From Eledone cirrhosa (Eukaryota), in the NCBI GenBank assembly GCA_964016885.1, contig OZ024740.1, forward strand, positions 335,978,001 through 336,042,000: 64,000 nt of DNA. Reading direction: 5' to 3'. Shown here one piece after another: positions 26,901-39,900 of the stretch. Within the stretch, counting starts at the first letter, position 1. The number at the start of each line of letters is the position of its first letter. The notes below the pieces were generated by a model, which had not been told where the DNA came from, did not search any database, and saw only the letters and a list, made by a program, of their open reading frames with translations. The translations under genes and the position numbers were made by a program.

Positions 26901-27185
26901 ATTATCATTATTGTTATTATTATTATTATTATGAATATACATATATATACACACATTTTACTTCAATCTTCCAACCCCCTCTTTCTTCTAAATTTACTTC
27001 TCTTGGTGAAGGACTAGTGAGTGTTATTTGATGGACGGAATGTGTGTGGAAGCCCGTTGCATATATATTTTTGTGTTCAACAAACGAAGATCGATAATTT
27101 AATATACTTGAACCATGGCGGCACAAATGTAGTTCATCTAAATGAGTCATTTATACTCTGGGAGTGCAAAACGATTCAATAGATA

Positions 27186-27287
<102 letters not shown>

Positions 27288-27471
27288 TTGTCTCTCTTTG
27301 TCTCTCTCCGTCTCTCTCCCCTCCCATTCTATTTTCCGGTAAAAGACTAACGTCCGAAACGTAAAGACTCTTCCTACTATATCAAGTATTAAACTAATAT
27401 TATATTATTGTAGTGTGTGGTTCTCTCGCATTGTGTTTGCTTTACTCATACACATACAGACAAATATATAT

Positions 27472-27563
<92 letters not shown>

Positions 27564-28152
27564 GTGTGTGTGTGTGTGCGTGCGTGTGCGTGCGTGTGTG
27601 TGTGTACGTTGTGTGTGTGTGTACGTTGTGTGTATGTGTTCGTGTGCAAAGAGAAAGTATGAGTGAGAGAGAGAGACTGACAGATAGACAGTTAGAAAAA
27701 CAAAAAGGGTAGGTGAAGGTTCGGGGCAGGCGGTTTGGGTATAAATTAGTTTCTTACATAAAACTAATTTCAATAGATTGAAAAAATATCAACAGTAAAA
27801 TCTCAGAAAAACATTTCGAATTTTTATTTTATTCTATTCTTTGGGATACTATCCAGGTGTTCACGAGCGAAATCAGTTGTACGCTGCAGCAGATATAAAT
27901 TGCACTCAATGTCGGCCATATTGTTTTAAATTTACTTATCTTATTTTATTTTTGTAGTTCTATTTAGATATCTTATATAAGACTGCACAAGACGTCTTGC
28001 AGTTATGTTCTACATATCGTGGTACATGCATATATTAGCAACAACAACCAATCATTCTTATATATGTATATATGAGTATATGTGTATATATGTAGATATA
28101 CATATATACATATATATGTGTGTCTGTGTGTGTATGTATATATGTGTGGGTG

Positions 28153-28189
<37 letters not shown>

Positions 28190-28220
28190 ATGTATATATA
28201 TATATATATATATATATAGT

Positions 28221-28302
<82 letters not shown>

Positions 28303-28709
28303 ATTTCTTTATTACAATAATATATATATATGTATGTATGTAATATATTGCTGCTTGCACTAATGAAATATATATATATTTGTGGAGCAGGCAACTTTTT
28401 CAGCAAAAATACAAGAACATTACACATAGAAATAAAAATGACCTACGTCTGCATGTTAAGGAATTGTTGAAGTATTCTTATTTCTTTCACTTTTCATATT
28501 TCTTTATAATATTAATATCATCAGTTATTCGATAGATTTTCCGAATTCTGCAAATATGGAAGTATGCGTAAAATATATAAATCAAAATAAATACATTCAT
28601 GCATATACAAACGGACAAATTGAAACGCATATATATATATATATAAATATATATATGTATATGTAAGTATGTATATATATAAATGTGTGTGTGTGCGTGT
28701 GTGTATGTG

Positions 28710-28776
<67 letters not shown>

Positions 28777-28948
28777 CTATGTGTGTGTGTGTATGTGTGT
28801 GTGTGTGTGAGTGAGTGTGTGTGTATATGTGTGCGTAATCCATATACATAGACTTATATGTATGTAAATATAGCAACTTGGAAAATTTAATGTAAGAAAC
28901 GATGAAAGTGATACAAATATATATGTGAGTGTGTGTTTGTGTGTGCAT

Positions 28949-28988
<40 letters not shown>

Positions 28989-29008
28989 GTGTGTGTTTGT
29001 GTGTGCAT

Positions 29009-29047
<39 letters not shown>

Positions 29048-29056
29048 TGTGTGCAT

Positions 29057-29121
<65 letters not shown>

Positions 29122-29134
29122 TGTGTGCGTTTAT

Positions 29135-29168
<34 letters not shown>

Positions 29169-29574
29169 TTGTGTGTGCGTTTATGTGTGTTTGTGTGTGT
29201 GTGTGTGTATTAACATATAGCATAAATCTATATTTGCTGTCATACAAACTCTATACAGTTATGAAGTAGAAGAGTGTCAGGCGACAAAGTGTGTGACGAC
29301 GAATGAATAAAATTGAGAGTGAATTGTAGTAAGATATTCGAGACTAGTGGAAGGGAAAGGTTTCAGGTGATTAAATTGAAAGACACAATTATTATCAAGT
29401 TTTAGACAATATATTAACAAAAATACTTTCGAAAGTACGAAAAGAATTTATTGACATTTCATAGGAAACCAACCCAATATTTGAAATTATATTCAAATAT
29501 ACATAAATAAATCTATCCATACATAAATCTATCCATACATACATACTTACATATATACGTGCATACATATTTAC

Positions 29575-30190
29575 ATAATGGCTGCAAACTCTGCTAAGAG
29601 TATTGCAATCGCTTGTCAGATTATAGAGTTTGGTGCAATATAAGGCTACGGCCAGCCACACGAACCTGTAACATATCCTGAACACCCAATGCTTGTGCTT
29701 TGAAGGTTTTTGAAAGTGGGGAAAGGCCTTGCACTCGACTAATCCCACTCTCTGAACATCGAAAACACTACCCGAAAAGGAGAACTGGTCAACATCATCG
29801 GATGCTTCTGAATCCACCGGTTTTTTTTCACAGTTTCTCTCTCCTTGAAAGTTGTTGTAACATTAAATGGTGGTCTTTCACTCCAGGTGAAAAAAAAACT
29901 ACTATTTTGATGGCAATTGACTCTGATGAGTTCCTCCGCCCTTTGCTAGGTCTTGTATTTCATCCCGCAGGGTGACTAAATATCACCCTCCTCACCAAGC
30001 TAGCTTGGATGGGTTTCCGGTTTAGCGTGCACACATACATACATAAATACGTACATGCATGCGTACATGATGGCTGCACCTTCGTTATCGAGTATGGCCA
30101 TTGCACGATGTAACATTATTAATAGTTATCAATTAATGCTATCGTGCAATGCCTGTGCTTGAAGATTTTTTTTAAAGTGAGGAACAATAT
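29575..30190 (-). mobile_element. Old dispersed repeat(s), possibly RTE-related; related sequence at ~33270-33390
   Basis: GGCTGCA...GAGTAT(T/G)GC...GC(T/C)TGTGCTT..GAAG..TTTT..AAAGTG occurs twice here. A reverse form ending GCAGCT(ATC)n lies at 33340-33387. Confidence 0.4.
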
Positions 30191-30926
30191 ATATATATAT
30201 ATGTGTGTGTGTGTGGGGGGGGGGGTCTGTGTGTGTGTATAAATATATGTGTGTATATATGTATGTTTTATGTACGCATGCATGTTAATGTTGTAAACTC
30301 TATATGCTACATTGAGATACTTTGATTTGCGTTTTCTGGAATGCTTTTAGGTGATATCGTGCAACTAGAAACATTTTTTGTGCAGTTGTGCAGTTTCTTC
30401 GTATGTTTTTTTTTTTGCGGTAATTAAGAATTCACTTTTGGCAACAACTTTTCATTGACAAATAATTACCGTGAGATATAATTGGTGAAGTTTGAATCAC
30501 CAACACTCTGTCTAATCAGCTAATGAGCATAGAAATAGTTATCACGTATTGCCTAATATAACAAAATTTCTCCACAGCTAGATTTTTCTACACTGGAAAA
30601 AAATTCTTAACGGTTATTTCTACAGACAAACAGAGCATTTTAATTTGCAATTCTCATCTTAGACCTCCGTGAGGGATGACATTTGTGGCTACTCTGTTGC
30701 ATTTATTTTATTTTGTCTTGTGTTGTTGTTGTTGTTTTTTGTTGTTGTATATTTTGTGTAATATAATTGATCCACTTCTTCGGAAAGTCGCGCGTCGATC
30801 AGAGAAGACCCATCTTATTTTAAAAAGTTTCACTATCCACTAAATTATGACGTATAAATTTCAATAATACACACATTCCCCGGCATGGCCTCAGCCTCTC
30901 GGCTGGAACACTTAATAAAGTAATGG

Positions 30927-31037
<111 letters not shown>

Positions 31038-31052
31038 CATATATACATATAT

Positions 31053-31083
<31 letters not shown>

Positions 31084-31235
31084 GGAACAAGTAAGACCCC
31101 GACGGCTGAGCTCAAACCGTTTCGACGGCTAGTTCTGGACTGAATGAAATTGTTCCTATTACCCACTCTACTACCCTAAGTATTGAATACTTTGGCGCGT
31201 TATGGTCCACCTGGTTCCTTACCACATTTCCTTCG

Positions 31236-31278
<43 letters not shown>

Positions 31279-31476
31279 CACCTCCCACTTTCAAGCGTGA
31301 AACTAAAACCATACCATTTGTACTGCCTCTCTATTTTTTGTTCTCTGTTCATTTTTTCAACTATATATATATATAAGGAAAAAAGATGAGATCGAAAATG
31401 CAACTGGAGTCTTTTTTTATAAAAATATATATTCAATTGGTTCCTTTACCGGTTTCGCAGTTCTTCTGTATGTATG

Positions 31477-31607
<131 letters not shown>

Positions 31608-31941
31608 ACACGTGCGATGATTCATATCGTACACAATTCATGCTCTAATATTTTTAGAAGTGAAAGGATCACTAATTTTTAGAAGTGAAAGTTCACAACT
31701 TAATAAGTCGTTGCGAAACAGTCTCCAATACTGTTTAGTTGTTCCCAGGCATTTTGCCCAATATAGGTCTGTTATTTTTCTTTATTTTTCTTAATTTAAT
31801 ATTTAAAGTTAAGGATAACAAACTATATTGCTGTAGTTAGTATTTTTTCACCCTAGCAAATTTGGTCCTTACGATTCGAACACATGTATGTTTATATTAG
31901 TGTTCATCTCTCTTGTTAATTCAATTATATATATATATACA

Positions 31942-32780
31942 TATAAATGGAAAAAATGAAACGAAATTTCATTTCTCACTCACACTTAGTACGGCTGTTA
32001 CTTAAATATAAGTATGTATACGTACATACATATATGTATACAGACGTACAGTGGTGTGTATATATATACATACATGCACACATATATATATATGTACGTA
32101 TGGATTCACCGAACATTTATTATAATGCTCGGTTTGTTTGTAAACAAACATCCCGAATTAATCAGTACAGTGTTTGGCAACCATCGTTGCCCTTTTGTTC
32201 AACACTGAAAAAGGAACGATGTACTAGTTTCAAGCTTATTAGCTATCGTCAGCACCGTATACCTTCCTAACTTTCAATCATCTGGCAGGAAGGTATACGG
32301 TATACTATTGTACGTTTGTATACATATATGTATGTACGTATACATACTTATATTTAAGTAACAGCCGTACTAAGTGTGAGTGAGAAATGAAATTTCGTTT
32401 CATTTTTTCCATTTATCGTTTTCGGTGCGCCCGACCGATTAACTCACTCGATATGCAAATTAGGCGGCTCAGCCGTTAATATGCATAAGGAAAGTATATA
32501 CTTTCAGACGTTCAATCATCTTGCAGGAAGGTATACGGTGCTGTCGATAGCTAATAAGCTTGAAACTAGTACATCGTTCCTTTGTCAGTGTTGAACAAAA
32601 GGGCAACGATGGTTGCTAAACACTGAACGACTTAATTCAGGATGTTTGTTTACAAACAAACCGAGCATTATATTAAATATTCGGTGAATCTATACGTACA
32701 TATACATATGTGTGCATGTATGTATATATATATACATACTACTGTACGTCTGTATACATATGTGTACGTATACATACTTA
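31942..32780. mobile_element. Family A hammerhead repeat, second locus, with fold-back
   Basis: Forward partial unit to ~32268, then inverted sequence. Hammerheads at 32216-32258 (-, intact) and 32535-32577 (+, core CUGUCGA mutated). Confidence 0.88.
32216..32258 (-). ncRNA. Family A hammerhead, intact, variant stem I
   Basis: ACGGUG-CUGACGA-UAGCUAAUAAGCUU-GAAA-CUAG-UA-CAUCGU. Confidence 0.85.
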
Positions 32781-32835
32781 TATATATATATATATATATA
32801 TAAATATCCGTCAACCACATACAGATATATATATA

Positions 32836-32866
<31 letters not shown>

Positions 32867-32873
32867 GTGTGTG

Positions 32874-32918
<45 letters not shown>

Positions 32919-33002
32919 ATGCTGTTGACGGTTGAGAGAAAGGAGTCCTCAATACCGAAGCACAGTTTTGATTTTCATTTTATTAAGGCTAAAAAGAGAG
33001 TC

Positions 33003-33047
33003 TTGTTAATCTGGACTTTCACCTGTTTATCACAAGGTCATCAGACA
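33003..33047 (-). ncRNA. Hammerhead-like motif with an adjacent 17-bp fold-back
   Basis: UGU-CUGAUGA-C-CUUGU(GAUAA)ACAGG-U-GAAA-GUCCAGAU-UA-ACA. Perfect inverted repeat TTCACCTGTTTATCACA/TGTGATAAACAGGTGAA. Confidence 0.55.
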
Positions 33048-34114
33048 TGTGATAAACAGGTGAAGCTCCAAAGTAACAACACACACGTTTTAGCCTTTAT
33101 ATAAATGAAAATATATACATGTGTGTTTAAGTGTATCTATTTATGTTATGCATATATGTATTTCTTTTGGGGTAAATGCATTCGATGTTTAGAGACTTCC
33201 TCACTTAAAAAAGCTTCAATTACAGACATCGCTTGAGATGTATCAATTTTTTGCGATGCATGGTATTATTGGCCATAAGCAAGTCCCTAGCAGGACTAAA
33301 AAGCCAAGTCAGTGATGTTCATGCTTAAGTATCAAGCGATGGCATTACTCGAAATCGTGTTGCAGCTATCATCATCATCATCATCATGTATGTATCTGTC
33401 TATCTAAAGATATCTATCTATACTGGTATGTATTTTAAACATTTTGATACCATGAGTCTAAGCACTTTATCATAGTTTTCTTAGTTTACTATTGATTCTA
33501 TAGCTAAGTTATGCATCATGCCCAAGTGGAAAACGATAGGATATGACAGGTGTATGCATACTAAAAAATATCATCTATTTTATTTTTCTCAATATAGACT
33601 AAATCTGAAAAGTCAATAAAATAGAAATCGAACGTAAATATTTCACAAGTTCATTCAGCTTGAAATATTGGAAAAATCCATCGAACCATAAGCATACATG
33701 CTTTCAGACCCCAGTAATAAAATATAGGGTACGGTATGAACCCGATATATTTGTAAATTTCAATAGCTGGCGGTATCAACACTATTAATAAGGGTGCGGC
33801 TTGAGAATCTTCCGTTTTCCAGACGGGTACGTGCCGGCTTACCCTATGCGCTGTCGGCGATCTCTGTCTCCAACGACCTGCCGACTCGTCCTCGACCACC
33901 CCGCCTGCACGTTAATACCCGCCCTCCGCCTCCGCCGCGTCTTCCGCCGCCGATGCGTGCCGAGTCCGCCGCAGCCAATATTAGGCGTCTAAATCCTTGA
34001 GCAATAACATATAAATATATATTCACATCTTTCTACGTCTCTCTATATATCTCCGTCGGCTTCTCTCACTCTATCAGTCCCCCGTCGCTCCCTCTTTCTC
34101 TCTCTCTATATATA

Positions 34115-34145
<31 letters not shown>

Positions 34146-34573
34146 GTAGTGTATATATATAATGTTTTCCACCGTCTCTTTCAGCTATTTTCCTTCGTGT
34201 CCCCTCTCTAAAGAATCCAAAATATTAAGCACATTAATAACCATCGGAGCGTGAAACTAATTTATATATGTGTGTATGTGCCTGTGTGTATGCGTGTGTG
34301 TGCGTGAATGTATATATATGTGTATGTACATATGTATATATATATAATCGGGCATATGTGTGTGTATATATATATATATATACACACACATATGCCCGAC
34401 TTAGGGCTGAACAACGCACCATCTTACTATTACAGACTTGCACCACCACCCCGGTTTGAACTCCTCACCCTCTCCCTTTAGCCTTCGACTGCCCCCCCCC
34501 CCCCCCCGTCACGTCCCCCTACTAACAATACTAACCTCCACCCACACACACACCTCACCATCCCACTAATAAT

Positions 34574-34760
34574 TGTTTCTACTTTTGGCACAAGGCCAGA
34601 AATTAAACCAGTGTATTACTGGTACTTTATTTTATCGACCCCGTAAGGATGAAAGGCAAAGTTAACCTCGGCGGGATTTGAACCCAGAATGGCAAGGGCC
34701 GTAACTCTATGCGTCAATGCATGGCGTCCGACACTACCGATACTGCCAATCCACCGCCCT
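34574..34760 (-). mobile_element. Full-length short-form SINE with 16-bp TSD
   Basis: TSD CCATCCCACTAATAAT at 34558-34573 and 34761-34776. Confidence 0.95.
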
Positions 34761-35249
34761 CCATCCCACTAATAATACTACTAAATACCGCCCCACCACG
34801 CTACACTTTCCTTCGCCCTTACAACACACACACACGCACACACTCACACCCAAATACGCATACACACACCAGTATATATACACTCACTCACTCGTATGTA
34901 CACATGCACCTTCCCCTCTCCCGTTCCCTCCACCTACAATCACCACTAACCTCTACCCACACATCTACACCTCACCACCCTACTAACACTTCTACTACTA
35001 CTACACCCCACCAACCTTTCCTTCAACATTACCAATCTTCACAAAAACACACGCACTTACACCCTAAACACACACACACATACACCAATATATACACTCA
35101 CTCGCATCGACCTTACCTCCTCACATCTACCCCACACCTTCTGCACATACACATACACATAACTCCATACACACATGCCACTCACACCAACACACACCTG
35201 CCTGTCTACACAGCTACTAACCTCACACACACACACACGCACACAGCAA

Positions 35250-36246
35250 TACTACTAGCCTTTCACTCACCAGTCCTGTTCTGCAGGCTCCACCTCCTCC
35301 CCTCCCTCTCATACATTGCCCTGCCATCATCACCCTCACTACCCTCTCCTCCCACTCCTTTGACTTGACCATCTTGACCTCTTCCTGTTGCGCGCGCCAC
35401 AATAACATCCCACTTCCTCATCGCCATATTTCAACTCAAGAAGAATGAATTTACCACATGGATATCCACGCGATTTTATATCCGGATCTTTACCATCCAC
35501 ATACATACACACCAAACATCCATTCAGAAACTTAGACACACACAAACACTGGCACCATTTTCACACATAGGCATCTACACATTTCACATGAACCCACATC
35601 ACCTACAGACACACCACGCATTCCCCTCTCTTAACCACACAAACACACACACATACACATCTACACATACACCCAAACTCCACCGCACACCGGCTCCGGA
35701 TTTGACATGATCTCATCTCACCCCATCCAACCCTTTCCATCCACACACAGCCACACCTACCCATACAGGGACTTTACACGCACAGACATAAACTTCACTC
35801 CAACCCACACGATGGTTTTTTCAAAACCCACGATCACACACACTCGCTTTCTCCCAGACTCACACACTTATATCCAGGCATACACACACACACTTACATC
35901 TACACAGACATCCTACCTTCCGCCAACACCACTCGGACTCCAATTCCCTTGCTCAACCCCCTTCTCTCTCCCCTTACACACCACCACACTCTTGCTTCCC
36001 GGACCTTCAACCCTGTCATTTTGTAATATTCGGTTTTTTTTTATATATTCCGTTTAATTCTATTTTGATATCATGTTTCATATTTATTGTTATTTCTATT
36101 TTTCCCGTCCTTTCATGTTTTTTCCTGCTATCCCTCTCCCACTCTTTCTCAGAGTTCCTCCGCACCCCACTCTCCCGATGAAGGACTTATGTCCAAAACG
36201 TCATGACCCCCCTCCCCTCATTCTCACCAAGCGTGAAACTAATAAC
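35250..36246 (+). pseudogene. Possible decayed Penelope-like ORF end plus pLTR with degenerate hammerhead
   Basis: Peptide RMNLPHGYPRDFI (~35440-35480) resembles the PLE NGYP..FI motif. Downstream are CCGATGA-A-GGAC(TTAT)GTCC-AAAA-CG-TC (36175-36203) and the GCGTGAAACTAATAAC motif that recurs in the window. Confidence 0.4.
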
Positions 36247-36434
36247 TGTTTCTACTATTGGCACAAGGCCAGCAATAAACCAGTACATTACTGGTACTTT
36301 ATTTTATCGACCCCGTAAGGATGAAAAGGAAAGTTAACCTCGGCGGGATTTGAACTCAGAATGGCAAGGGCCGTAACTCTATGCGTCAAAGCATGGTGTC
36401 CGACCCTCTACCGATACTGCCAATTCACCGCCCT
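36247..36434 (-). mobile_element. Full-length short-form SINE with 15-bp TSD
   Basis: TSD CGTGAAACTAATAAC at 36232-36246 and 36440-36454. Confidence 0.93.
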
Positions 36435-36518
36435 TGAAACGTGAAACTAATAACACTATGTACCATAGTGAACTATATACCATTTTGAACTATACATACA
36501 GATTATTATCATTATTAT

Positions 36519-36940
36519 AGTCTGATAGTTCAAATCCCCCCGAGGTTAACTTTGCCTTTCATCCTTACGGGGTCGATAAAATAAAGTACCAGTAATGTAC
36601 TGGGTAATTGCTGGCCTTGTGCCAAAAGTAGAAACAATTATTATAGTCTGAGTTCAAATCCCGCCGAGGTTAACTTTGCCTTTCATTCTTACGGAGTCGA
36701 TAAAATAAAGTACCAGTAATGTACTGAGTTTTTGCTGGCCCTGTGCCTAACGTAGAAACAAGTATTATCAGTAGGGGGTCGGACGACATGCTTTGCAGCA
36801 TAAAGCTACGTCCCTTTACGGTTTGAGTTCAAATCCTGCCGAGATTAACTTTGCCTTTCATCCTTACGGAATCGATAAAATAAAGTACCAGTAATGCACT
36901 GAGTAATTGCTGGCCTTGTGCCAAAAATAGAAACAATTAT
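36519..36940 (+). mobile_element. Three head-to-tail 5'-truncated SINE copies abutting the R4 LINE tail
   Basis: Three successive GTTCAAATCC..GTCGATAAAATAAAGTACCAG..AGAAACAA units. Confidence 0.9.
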
Positions 36941-36950
36941 TATTATTATT

Positions 36951-39900
36951 CTTTGAGTCTCAGTCATTGATGTTAGTTAACTGGAAAGTTTGTTGAAATG
37001 AATATCAAGCCACTACCTGCAGCCTCAGATATTCAGGACGTATCGGAGGGTTCTTGCTGTTCCCAGCAAGCATGCCTTTTGAAGCGTTCCAAAAAGCGTG
37101 AAGGGGCCAATTTTCTTTAACCATCCCTGGAAACTTTTTGAGATAGTCCCTAGTGCGCTTATGAAAATCGGGATCACTTTGACTTCATGGCAGTTCCAAA
37201 TCCTTTTTACCTCCCACTTTAAGTCCTGGTATCGGTTAATTTTCTCCCTCTCCTTCTCTTGCACTCTCGTATCGAATGGGCAGGCCACATCCACAATCAG
37301 GCACGATCTTTTTTCTTTGTCCACAACCACCAGGTCAGGTCTATTGTGTTCAAGTTTCTTGTCCGTCTGTATCCTAAAATCCCACAGCACCTTCACCTGA
37401 TGGTTTTCTATCACCGACTCTGGCTTATGCTCATACCACTTCTCAGAATGTGGTAGATTGTTTACTTTGCATAGGTGCCAGTGGATCACCCTGCCCATCA
37501 CATCATGTCTCCAGCCCTTATAGTGAGTCTGGGCTAGGTGTTTACACTCGGATACAATGTGAGCCACAGTCACCTCTCTCTCTCCACAGATCCTGCACAG
37601 TGGGCTAGCCTCCTTGTAAATATGGTGTTTCAACCACTTCGTTTTGAGGGCCTGCTCCTGCGCAGCCAATAACATTCCTTCTGTAGCCTTTTTAAGGTCT
37701 CCTCTTTTCAACCATGTCTGTGGATCTCTAAATTCAGTTTTCTCAAAGAAGGTACTATGAAGGGATTTTTCCTGAAGGCTGCTCTTTCTCCTTGATGTTA
37801 TCTCCTCCTTGGACATCCCCTGGCCTATTGTCCCCTCCTTCAGTACAGTTCTGAGCATTGGTTCCTTACTATCAGTCACGTATTTGTGTAGGTTATTTTT
37901 CTCCATCTGAACACAGTCCTCTATGCTGATAAGACCTCTTCCGCCTTCAGATCTCCTTAAGTAGAGTCTATCGACATCACTCCTCTTGTGGAACATGTTG
38001 TAGATAGTCAATAGCTTCCTAGTCTTCCTATCCATTTCTTTTTGTTCAGCAACATTCCATCTCAGAATTCCAGCACTGTACCTAATAATAGACAGAGCTC
38101 GGGAATTTACTGCACTTATGGCATTCCTACTGTTCAGATGTGACTTTAATACGCTCCTTACGCTCCGAATGTATTCAGTTCTTATCAATTCCTTCATTTT
38201 TTTTGTTCTTGATGTCATCAGCCTCCAGAACACCCAAATACTTGTATCCTTCTTCAGAGTCAATTTCCTTTATCATCTCACCTGTTGGTACCTGGATTCC
38301 GTTACTTCTGCTCAACTTACCCCTCTTCATCACAATGACTCCACACTTACTAATACCAAATTGCATACATATATCATTGCTGAAAATACGGACAGTGTCA
38401 ACAAGCACATCCAACTCCTTCTCACTCTTCCCGAAGAGCTTAAGATCGTCCATGAAGAGGAGGTGATTGATGGTAAGCCCTCCCTTTCCCAACCTATATC
38501 CTGCTCTCACTTTTCGCAGTACACTGATCAGGGGCATCAGGGCAAGGACAAACAACAGAGCGGACAGACTATCTCCCTGGAAGATACCTCTCTTGATCTT
38601 CACGCTTCCCAAGGATTCTCCAGTTGATGTTAACTCTGTTTCCCAGGACTTCATACTTTTGCCCAACAACTGTCTGATGTTATCTGTCACCTTGAAGATC
38701 TCCAGGCTTTTGGTGATCCAAGGATGAGGCACCATGTCAAATGCCTTTTTGTAGTCTATCCATCCCATGGCAAGACCAGTGTGTCTCCTCTTGCAATTCC
38801 TCATTACCATCTTATCAATAAGTAACTGGTCCTTTGTACCACGTGACTTCTTTCGGCATCCTTTCTGTTCGTCCGGTAACAAGTTGTTTGTGTGGAGGTG
38901 ATGGCAGATTTCCTCAGACATAATGCTTGTCAACAGTTTCCACATTACGGACAGACATGTGATAGGTCTATAGTTGGTAACATCATTACCCTTGATTCGG
39001 TCTTTCATTATCAGAACTGTGGTACCTTTTGTCAACCACTCTGCTACCTCACCTGACATCAAGCAGTCATTGAACATGGTTGTCAGTTTCGGGTGGAGGG
39101 ATGTTATATTTTTAATCCAATACCCCTGCACACCATCTGGGCCTGGTGATTTCCAGTTGGTTATTTTTTTGGCCTGCCCCTTAAGAGTTTCAACTGTGAT
39201 ACTCAAGTCAGTTTGTTGGTGTGCCTGTTCACTAATCTCCTTCTGTACTGTCTCAATCCACACTGCCTGGTCATTATATTTAACATCCTGCTCCCATATT
39301 CCCCTCCAGAATGTTTTAGTTTGTTCCGCCTCAGGAATCAAGTCGTTGCCTCTCTCTTTCTCCTCAAGCTGTCCAAACAGCATCTTCTGGTTGTTGTCAA
39401 ACATGCGGTTCTGTCTATACTGACTGACTCTGATCTCGTATCGCCTAATTTTTGCACTCTTTGCTACAATGCGTTGCTTCAGTTCCTCTATGATAATATT
39501 TAGCTTTTTCCTCCTAGTTTTGTACTTTATTTCCAGTCTATTTTTAGTGTCTATGTTTTTTAGTGTCCCATTCAGTAGGGACTCAAGCTTTCCAATGTCA
39601 GTTCTCATTTCCCTGATTTGACCACTCAGTCGTTTCTTCCACCAAGGCTCTGATCTTTCTTGTCTGTTGTTTCCTCTCGCTTTTATACCAAGTAGTTTCC
39701 TCACCGTATTTGCTGTTGCTTTGAGGATATTGTTGCACTGGTGAAGGCTCCTCGCCTCAAGGTATGGGATGACTTTGTTTACCTTAGCTGTTGTTTCTTT
39801 TAACTTTTTCCTGTCTACAAATCTTAGGTTCATAGGTCTCCCACTATCATTATTCAATTCATCTACCACTAAGTTTAGGATATCAACCAAATCTTGTCCT

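Noticed and set aside
29905-29990. CTGATGAG core match
   Set aside because: No downstream stem II-GAAA-stem III arrangement.
34574-34760. SINE heads as functional tRNA genes
   Set aside because: A and B boxes are present but there is no complete cloverleaf; multi-copy with TSDs and tails.
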